Assembly (NCBI GenBank): GCA_018985225.1
Contig: JADGIF010000445.1
Location: 1-8,464, forward strand
Source: Amoeboradix gromovi X-113
Lineage: Eukaryota > Fungi > Sanchytriomycota
Reading direction: 5' to 3'
DNA length: 8,464 nucleotides
Made by a program: the position numbers and the translations under genes. Positions 1 to 6,362 of the stretch are shown piece after piece; positions within the stretch are counted from its first letter, which is position 1, and each line of letters opens with the position of its first letter. The notes below the pieces were generated by a model. The model had not been told where the DNA came from. It made no database searches and saw nothing but the letters and a program-made list of their open reading frames with translations.

Positions 1-9
1 AGTAGTGAC

Positions 10-300
10 TGCTTCGAGGTCATTGAACGCTCTTGCATGGTACATATATGAGCTCTCTTGCTTTCTTGCAGATTTATCTCAGATGCAATGGTTTGAAGGC
101 TTCTTTTTACTTGCTTGTGTGCATGGATCAAACCTGGTTTTGCTCAGAATACCATGCCTTGTGCACCAACTAGCATACCGCTTATAAAGCGTTTGGCTTG
201 TTTCAAGAATTTCTGAATTTTATAGTTTGAGACAGATTCTGCATAATGGACCATGGCTCGGTAACTCCATTTATGTGTGTTAGAGATAGTTTGAACCCTT
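10..300 (-). mobile_element. Probable degenerate remnant of the same transposon family, minus strand
   Basis: Minus-strand frame reads KWSYRAMVHYAESVSNYKIQKFLKQAKRFISGMLVGAQG. This is co-linear with RWTFASIMKHL...AQG at 3055-3108 and resembles the tail pattern (D/E)SVS...I..F.....R(Y/F)......G..G of that transposase type. Boundaries approximate. Confidence 0.4.
111..166 (-). repeat. Dispersed inverted repeat, copy A (partner at 3098-3153)
   Basis: Reverse complement GTGCACAAGGCATGGTATTCTGAGCAAAACCAGGTTTGATCCATGCACACAAGCAA matches 3098-3153 at 52/56 without gaps. Confidence 0.93.
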
Positions 301-834
301 TGTTGAACTGCACATTGGTAAAACTGTTACACTTAGGTACTCATAGCGCCTCTTTCTTTTACTTTTGTTATATCCTTGAACACGGCTAGAGATCGAAATG
401 ATCATAAATGATTGCAAACATGAAAGGTTAGCAAGTGCTTTGATTATAGAAAGAAAACGAGAGACTAGGTCTCTCACTAGAGATAGAGCTTAATTAATTT
501 CAGTAGACATGAAGCAGCGCCTAATAGAAAGCTTATTTAAAAATGGCAAATGACTGTTAATCATAATAATAATTTCTGTGGAGAATTAGGTGGTGATATT
601 TCTATAGTAGCGCAGTTGCATAAGATGGGGCGTATCTCATAATGGTTAACGATTCAGACCTCTCAAAACCGTGATGACGTCTTCCGTAGAATAACAGTGC
701 TGCAATCATCATCGAATATCTCGGAAATGCCTAAATGGACTGCTGTGAGAAATTCTGTCAGACGCCATTCCGGCTTGCAGTGGGCCGTTTTCGCAATGTC
801 CCAAATTGGTGAGGGTTTAAAACAAGTGAATCCA

Positions 835-1656
835 ATGAGTGAGAATAACTTTAGAAGTCAAGCTATTTCATTTTTATCTGGAGGAGGTGGTGGTATTGCA
901 CTAACACTGGTTGGGCAACCTTTTGATTTAGTAAAAGTACGGGTTCAGAGTGGTAGCCAATCTGTCTCTCAGGTAATAAAAGACACTTATCAAAATTATG
1001 GAATGAAGGGATTTTACAGAGGTATATCTGCACCTATTGTGGGCGTAACACCTGTTTTTGCTGTTTGCTTCTGGGGATATCAAGTCGGGCAAGACTTTTC
1101 TAGGACATTGTGGGGGAAAAAGGAACTAGATATTAACATGATAATGTTCGCAGGAGGATTCAGTGCTTTGCCGACCACCTTGTTAATGACACCCATTGAA
1201 AGAGTTAAAGTAATGCTTCAAGTTAATCAGAAACAAACAATCGGGGAAATATTTAAGCAGACTGGTGTGCGTGGGTTGTATAAAGGTACATTTGCCACTC
1301 TTTTAAGAGACTGCCCCGGCTCAGTCGCCTATTTCGGCGCTTATGAAGTTGTCAAAAAGTGGCTTACACCCTCAGATGGAAAATTAAGCGTACCTGCTGT
1401 GTTAACAGCAGGTGGTTGCGCAGGAATAGCTAATTGGGCGGTAGCAATTCCAGCGGATGTATTGAAAACGAGATTACAGTCTTCTTCACATTCCTCAATT
1501 GTAGCTGTGTTTAACGAGTTAATCGCTCAGGAAGGAATTAAGGGATTATTCCGAGGTTTGGGTCCTGCAATGACAAGGGCGTTTCCTGCTAACGCCGCAT
1601 GCTTTTTAGGCGCCGAGCTCACTCGATCATTTTTGAACAACAACTGGCCTGAATAA
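835..1656 (+). CDS. CRC1: Mitochondrial carnitine/acylcarnitine carrier (SLC25A20/CRC1-like), 273 aa
   Basis: Three mitochondrial carrier signature motifs Px[DE]xxK (PFDLVKVRVQ, PIERVKVMLQ, PADVLKTRLQ) plus carnitine-carrier-type segments GISAPIVGVTPVFAVCFWGY, LLRDCPGSVAYF and RAFPANAACFLG. Start placed at ATG 835 (MSENNF...), just before helix 1; the in-frame GTG at 697 and ATGs further upstream add non-homologous sequence. No intron needed. Confidence 0.9.
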   Translation: MSENNFRSQAISFLSGGGGGIALTLVGQPFDLVKVRVQSGSQSVSQVIKDTYQNYGMKGFYRGISAPIVGVTPVFAVCFWGYQVGQDFSRTLWGKKELDINMIMFAGGFSALPTTLLMTPIERVKVMLQVNQKQTIGEIFKQTGVRGLYKGTFATLLRDCPGSVAYFGAYEVVKKWLTPSDGKLSVPAVLTAGGCAGIANWAVAIPADVLKTRLQSSSHSSIVAVFNELIAQEGIKGLFRGLGPAMTRAFPANAACFLGAELTRSFLNNNWPE

Positions 1657-1657
1657 A
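1652..1657 (+). terminator. Putative polyadenylation signal AATAAA overlapping the carrier stop codon
   Basis: GAA TAA ATT: the TAA stop (1654-1656) is embedded in AATAAA and followed by a T-rich tract. Confidence 0.45.
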
Positions 1658-1685
1658 TTGTTCTTAATTTTATTTGTTTCTCCTC

Positions 1686-2552
1686 ATGACACCAACTGAC
1701 ACTCAAGATTTTCAAATTTACTCTTTATTCGTAAATGGAAAGGGGTGTTGCATCAGATTAAGCGATTTCTTTACTTTGTTCAAAGACCGTTATAAGCACC
1801 ATAAGTTCAAGTTGTTGAAAAGATCCCTTAAGAAACACCTTAAGGAAAAGGTAAACCAATTCTGTGGATTCCAGTTGTATGTTAGAGATACTTTAGACAT
1901 TGCTTACGTAAAGCCTTTAATAAAATTGAATACTAATTGGACAGATGTCGATAAGCTCAAAAACCTTTTTGTTATCGGTTCGCATTTCACATTTAATGAC
2001 GCTAAATCCATGTTCATGTATCTTTATGATTGCCAGGATTTTCCATTCGAAGAAGACGAGTTTTTTGATCTGTTTATCAAAGATGGGGCTTGGAAACGAA
2101 GAGATAAACCATTTACCTTTCCAAACGGTTTTTCCTACTCTGAGGAATCTATGCGTAAATATTTTAAAGAAAAAGACAGCAATTACATCAAAAATTCGTC
2201 TGACTTTGCACCTTTGCCGTTGCACTCGTCTACCAGAGAAGGAATCGAAAGCTGGCAACAAGTTGGATTAACTGACGATGAGATGCAAGAAAGCGGTACT
2301 TACTGTCCTGCTGATGAAACAGATGAGACTGAAAGTGATACCAATGCCTCCATAGAACTCTTATCAGAACAGGCTTTGCCTCGACCAAATAACTCTAAAT
2401 TTTCCATGATGTATAGCATTACATCTGCTGTTGATGATAGCAGGACCTTGGACAGTAAATTCACAATATCGGATCCAATGACTGACGAAGGCAATCCAAG
2501 ACGCGCTCCAAATAGAAGAAAAATTGCGGAACCGTTGTTTAGGCTCAAATGA
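1686..2552 (+). CDS. Hypothetical protein, 288 aa; globular N-terminal half (possibly two winged-helix/LOTUS-like units) and acidic/Ser-rich disordered C-terminus
   Basis: An 867-nt open frame in AT-rich DNA, first ATG at 1686, stop TGA 2550-2552 followed by AATAAA at 2560-2565. No family confidently recognised. Confidence 0.75.
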   Translation: MTPTDTQDFQIYSLFVNGKGCCIRLSDFFTLFKDRYKHHKFKLLKRSLKKHLKEKVNQFCGFQLYVRDTLDIAYVKPLIKLNTNWTDVDKLKNLFVIGSHFTFNDAKSMFMYLYDCQDFPFEEDEFFDLFIKDGAWKRRDKPFTFPNGFSYSEESMRKYFKEKDSNYIKNSSDFAPLPLHSSTREGIESWQQVGLTDDEMQESGTYCPADETDETESDTNASIELLSEQALPRPNNSKFSMMYSITSAVDDSRTLDSKFTISDPMTDEGNPRRAPNRRKIAEPLFRLK

Positions 2553-2559
2553 TTTGACT

Positions 2560-2574
2560 AATAAACACTTTATT
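2560..2574. terminator. Putative polyadenylation signal(s): AATAAA on + and TTTATT (AATAAA on -)
   Basis: AATAAACACTTTATT begins 8 nt after the orphan ORF stop. Confidence 0.35.
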
Positions 2575-2846
2575 AAAACCTTTAATTATCGAATCTGGTT
2601 TTCGTTAAGTTCCTGATGCATGCGCATATTGTATGAAAAGCAGAAGAGAGAGTGAATAACAGGAATATGATAGACAATAAATTTGCTGAGCTATTAGATG
2701 CCGAAAACGCTATAACTAGCACTAAAAGATGTAGCATTAATTCTTATGAGATTGTTGTGAGAACATTAAAGTTCTAAGTAGCCCAGAATACTTAAGGTAA
2801 AATCTAGTTTATTACCTTTTCTTGGGAACACTTCTGGCTGCGAACA

Positions 2847-2907
2847 ATCACAATTGCACGGATTCTATGCTCCCAAAATTATTTTTCGCTATTGTAGTAA
2901 TTCAAGA
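2847..2907 (+). repeat. Dispersed direct repeat, copy 1 (partner at 8404-8464)
   Basis: ATCACAATTGCACGGATTCTATGCTCCCAAAATTATTTTTCGCTATTGTAGTAATTCAAGA, 60/61 identical to 8404-8464 (one C/T difference). Confidence 0.95.
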
Positions 2908-3097
2908 GATCTCGATAGTTGTTTTGCTGATCCATAGAAACATCTACAAAGCCACACAGCTAGAATATTCCTGATCTAGGTACATTGCCAAGAGACGCTA
3001 GCTGCAGTCTTACATGCCCAGACATGGTCTAAGAAGGAGTCATGGTGCAAAGGAAGATGGACATTTGCGAGTATCATGAAGCATTTATTAAGCAGAC

Positions 3098-3153
3098 GTG
3101 CACAAGGCATGGGACTCTGAACAAAACCAGGTTTGAGCCATGCACACAAGCAA
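3098..3153 (+). repeat. Dispersed inverted repeat, copy B (partner at 111-166 minus)
   Basis: GTGCACAAGGCATGGGACTCTGAACAAAACCAGGTTTGAGCCATGCACACAAGCAA, 52/56 identical to the reverse complement of 111-166, with weaker patchy similarity on both sides. Confidence 0.93.
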
Positions 3154-3383
3154 CTATTGTCTCGACTAGAGAGCATATGATAGCGAGGGCATATACTCGA
3201 AGTACATAAATCCTTGCTCAATCCCGCAGCAGGGCAGTGCCATGTAAGCACCCATTGTAACGGCATGACCAAGCTCTCAGCTTCTCTCGTGAAATTTTAG
3301 ATTTTCTAGCAAATCGGGGCTTTTGATAATGAGTACAGGAATGAATATCACTTGCAATCTAAAAACGTGGTAGATCAGATGAC

Positions 3384-4271
3384 TTAGTTTTGCGATGGAG
3401 GAAACGTTGTTTCCCAGAAGCCTGGCGGTGTGCTGGGTTCTTGGTAGTTAGATCTATGTCTTGATATATCTTTTACTTGATTTTGATTTCCAAACTCCTT
3501 GTAGTAACTATCACAGCATCCGTCTTGGTGAGCGTACTGCTTTTTTCTCTCTTCCTTATTTCTTTTAGTTTCATTAATTTTTATTCCACCCTTTTTCTTC
3601 TTCGAGAAATATTTCCTTGTTGAGTCACTCTTTCTTTTGCATGCAGAAGTAGAAGATTCCTTTTCTTTTTCTTCCATTAACTGCTCAATTTCTTTCCAAT
3701 TGACTTTTTTAGAGCCTTCCAACAAGGTAGAAAATAGTGTAGGTTTAGGCGTAGCACTAGGAATATTCCCAATGATCTCAATTTCATCATCGCTGCAACT
3801 TTCAGCATGCTGAGTTCTTGAGAGCTTGCTGTCCTCCTCGTCATCAAGTTGTTTATTTAAATCATTTTCGTTTTCTACTTCACTCGGAAGGAACTTGACA
3901 TTATTGGTACCTGATTGATCAGTAAGAAAGATTTTTTTTGGTTTGTAGTTACTGCTTACCGATGCGACATCTAATTTCTCTTCATTTTCCGGTTGAGTCA
4001 TCCATTCTAAAGTCTTTCGAAACTTGGATTGTGATTCAATTGGTATGATCCTCACTAGTTTACTGTTAAGCGATTTAAGCTTAGAGCACACTATCTTATA
4101 TCTTTCAATTGAAGCAATCATTTTATCTTGCTCAACTATTTTTGCTTTCAAATCATGATTCTCTTTCCTTAAAACATCCATCATTATGGAGTTCTCTGCA
4201 TTTGCTTTGATCATAAGCTGCACTTTTAAGTATAAATCATATGCCTCATTTTCTACTTGATCTATGTTCAT
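3384..4271 (-). CDS. CtIP/Ctp1/Sae2-family DNA end-resection cofactor, 295 aa
   Basis: N-terminal coiled-coil-like heptads (LRKENHDLKAKIVEQDKMIASIE), a disordered middle, and the C-terminal SAE2/CtIP signature: ERKKQ...CCDSYY...SRHR...STPPGFW...FPPSQ. The RHR motif, the CDK-site TP and a terminal S/TQ site are in the expected order. Confidence 0.88.
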   Translation of the reverse strand: MNIDQVENEAYDLYLKVQLMIKANAENSIMMDVLRKENHDLKAKIVEQDKMIASIERYKIVCSKLKSLNSKLVRIIPIESQSKFRKTLEWMTQPENEEKLDVASVSSNYKPKKIFLTDQSGTNNVKFLPSEVENENDLNKQLDDEEDSKLSRTQHAESCSDDEIEIIGNIPSATPKPTLFSTLLEGSKKVNWKEIEQLMEEKEKESSTSACKRKSDSTRKYFSKKKKGGIKINETKRNKEERKKQYAHQDGCCDSYYKEFGNQNQVKDISRHRSNYQEPSTPPGFWETTFPPSQN

Positions 4272-4635
4272 GTTACTGTTTCACCAAGTAAAAATAAAAG
4301 AAAAAATTATTTATTTAGCTTAATTTGCATTATACGGCATATACCATCTGATCTGAAGACCAGATTGGCTAATTTGGCTTCCTAACAAGTGGCACATAGT
4401 CTATGAGATATAGCATTCTGGTAAAGCGGGCGACTATTAGAGGTACAAGGTAAAGCCAGTGCGCTAAGTGTGGTGCAGCCGTATCTTGAGACTTGGGTGT
4501 CTTTTAAACAATCTTAACTAAATATGAATTGCAGCAAGTGAATAAATCATCTGATTGCCAAAGTGGAGAAGTTGGTAACAACACCTCGCCTATGCAATAG
4601 ATAATAAGGCATAGCATATTAATACTCGAGAGAAT

Positions 4636-6336
4636 CTACCTACCCAACATGTTTGTTGCATAATTTTGCCTGGTTCTTGCAGAACGCGTCCCAAAAGGTT
4701 TCTCCAACAGATTTGAGCACAAATTTGCCGTGTATTCCATCGCATCTTGCATAAGCCTATTGGATACCTCGCTGTTCATGAACCCGGACTCTTGCACGTA
4801 GTTAAACGTAGGATGGAAATAGAATCTACTTCTTATCCAGGAATATAACGATAAGCAACTATACATATCCTCGATCACGTTTGCATTCTTTGGATTAGAT
4901 AGATTGCTTTTGAATACTTTGGACCATATCTTTTTTGAGTCAAACCTATCTGGTATGTCGTTTTCTGTTGGCAAGGGTCTAATCTTATATTCACTTTCCA
5001 TTAAATTTGAGGATTCCTCGTAAATGCTCCACAAATTGGGCATGTTATATTCAATGACATTACAGCTTTGTACAGGATGGAATGATCTGAAAAATTCAAA
5101 AGGATCTGCAAATTTGCCTTGAGAAAATCTACGAATTAAAAAAATAAAGAAGAATTCAGACATTGAGGGTCTAGACTTCAATTTAACCGGTGCCAACAAG
5201 AATACATACTGGTCTCTTAATGAGCAATTTATCAGTGGTTTCATCAATTCTGCAGATCTTATGATATTTGAGTAATCTTGATACTTAAACCCTTTTGGAG
5301 GTGGGCTTTTAAAAAATTGTTTTAAAATATCTTTCAGCGAGTATGACGGATTACTATCTTTGATTTGCTTAAGGTCCTCGAAAGTAAAACTAAGCGTAGC
5401 CGAATTGACATCTAATGGAACGGCACAATATCTGCTATTAATAAATCGAAGAACTTCCGAACTGAAAGCCGTTACAATTCCTTCTTTTATATCCGAAGAG
5501 TACCTACCGGCTCTTCCAGCCAGTTGTCTAACCATTGGATCCTCGATAGGTATCAAACCTTTACCGTCAAATTTTAAATGGCTAGAAAAAATTATCCTCT
5601 GAATTTGAAGATTCAAGCCCATTCCAATAGCATCAGTGCCTACAATGACATCATTGACACCCTCATTAAACAAGCGTGTTTGTTCGACTCTTGCATTAGG
5701 CGGAAGAGTTCCATATATAACAGATACCTTCAGTCCAAGATGTTCTAATTCTGATTTGTATTCTAGTACATGGTTTCTTTGAAAACAAACTATACAGTCA
5801 CCCTTTTTAACGTCTCTCATAGATATAGGCTTTTTCATTATTTCCAGTGAACCAAGTCTCTTAAAATAATTTACATGTAGGTCATCATCCGTATATGTTT
5901 TAATCAATCTTTCGACCAAAGGTACAGCCCTTTCTTCACCGCACACATAGAGTGTTTCAGCTGGTAAATTAAGTAAAGTATTAGACCACCCGAATCCGCG
6001 CTGTGAGCAGGAAATCATTTGTATTTCATCTATAATCGCAACAGGATATATTTTATTAAAGTTTGCCATTTCTATTGTACTACATATCTGATCCACAGAT
6101 CTGTTTGAGTGCTCTTCAATTCTCAGCTCACCCGTTATTAAATTAACTTTGCATCCTTTATCCTTTAAAGTATTATATCCCTCATGTGCTAGCAACCTTA
6201 GTGGCCCGCAAAAGAGTCCTTTGCTTCTTGACAGATGTTCCATGGCCTTGTAAGTTTTTCCACTATTTGTAGGTCCTACATTGCATATTATGCTTCTTTT
6301 CATCTGTCTGGCAATATTGTCCTTGCTCAAAATCAT
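4636..6336 (-). CDS. SUV3: SUV3-family ATP-dependent RNA helicase (mitochondrial degradosome type), 566 aa
   Basis: SUV3-specific motifs in order: ARQMKRSII, GPTNSGKT (Walker A), CGPLRLLAHE, ITGE, STIEM, IIDEIQMI, CGEE, GDCIVCF, VIYGTLPP, TDAIGMGLNL, KFDG, QLAGRAGR, and C-terminal LRDQYVFLLAP and LYSWIRSRF. First ATG is at 6336; most of the ORF-track extension to 6420 is antisense to the kinase. Confidence 0.92.
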   Translation of the reverse strand: MILSKDNIARQMKRSIICNVGPTNSGKTYKAMEHLSRSKGLFCGPLRLLAHEGYNTLKDKGCKVNLITGELRIEEHSNRSVDQICSTIEMANFNKIYPVAIIDEIQMISCSQRGFGWSNTLLNLPAETLYVCGEERAVPLVERLIKTYTDDDLHVNYFKRLGSLEIMKKPISMRDVKKGDCIVCFQRNHVLEYKSELEHLGLKVSVIYGTLPPNARVEQTRLFNEGVNDVIVGTDAIGMGLNLQIQRIIFSSHLKFDGKGLIPIEDPMVRQLAGRAGRYSSDIKEGIVTAFSSEVLRFINSRYCAVPLDVNSATLSFTFEDLKQIKDSNPSYSLKDILKQFFKSPPPKGFKYQDYSNIIRSAELMKPLINCSLRDQYVFLLAPVKLKSRPSMSEFFFIFLIRRFSQGKFADPFEFFRSFHPVQSCNVIEYNMPNLWSIYEESSNLMESEYKIRPLPTENDIPDRFDSKKIWSKVFKSNLSNPKNANVIEDMYSCLSLYSWIRSRFYFHPTFNYVQESGFMNSEVSNRLMQDAMEYTANLCSNLLEKPFGTRSARTRQNYATNMLGR

Positions 6337-6362
6337 AACCTCTCCCTGTCTCAAGAACACCG
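6337..6362. promoter_or_regulatory. 26-bp head-to-head spacer between SUV3 and CDK start codons (putative bidirectional promoter core)
   Basis: AACCTCTCCCTGTCTCAAGAACACCG lies between CAT (6334-6336) and ATG (6363-6365). Promoter role inferred from the geometry only. Confidence 0.5.

Larger units (their letters stand above)
2847..3210 (+). mobile_element. Probable degenerate transposon remnant (IS630/Tc1-like DDE transposase C-terminal part), with stops and a frameshift
   Basis: Contains both dispersed repeats. Conceptual translation gives IARILCSQNYF ... H..RIFLI*VHCQE ... WSKKESWCKGRWTF ... AQG, recalling the motif order ARRIL..QPDF / GH..IFLPKFHCEL / W...K......YTF of fungal IS630/Tc1-like transposases. 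Recognised by eye only; boundaries approximate. Confidence 0.45.

Noticed and set aside
125-215. Minus-strand peptide LYKRYASWCTRHGILSKTRF resembling a D5-helicase/RFX winged helix
   Set aside because: Short, bounded by stops, and the LY..Y..W part is not shared by the partner copy; another frame explains both copies better.
459-480. 7-bp hairpin GAGAGAC-TAG-GTCTCTC followed by CTAG (Helitron 3' end?)
   Set aside because: CTAG is only 1 nt from the hairpin and is not followed by T; no 5' end or Rep/helicase evidence.
595-760. U3 or C/D snoRNA-like words (ATTTCTATAG, GTGATGA, GTGAGAAA)
   Set aside because: No box A' upstream and no downstream box C and box D (CTGA) at suitable positions. An Rfam scan would settle it.
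697-834. N-terminal extension of the carrier ORF
   Set aside because: Begins at GTG and has no carrier similarity; ATG 835 gives a normal start. Upstream in-frame ATGs cannot be fully excluded.
2976-3272. 98-aa minus ORF, plus the short ORFs 5-187 and 280-477
   Set aside because: Non-ATG starts, no recognisable motifs, and they lie in or beside decayed repeat DNA.
4323-4425. Octamer ATTTGCAT, a 5S-like start (TACGGCATATACC) and a U5-loop-like word (CTTTACCAGA, minus strand)
   Set aside because: Only short word matches, without the required downstream sequence or stems.
5129-5161. Possible 33-nt in-frame intron in SUV3 (minus strand, pyrimidine tract ending TAG)
   Set aside because: Poor donor (GTCTGA), and the encoded residues fit the helix expected after the AP motif of the SUV3 C-terminal domain.
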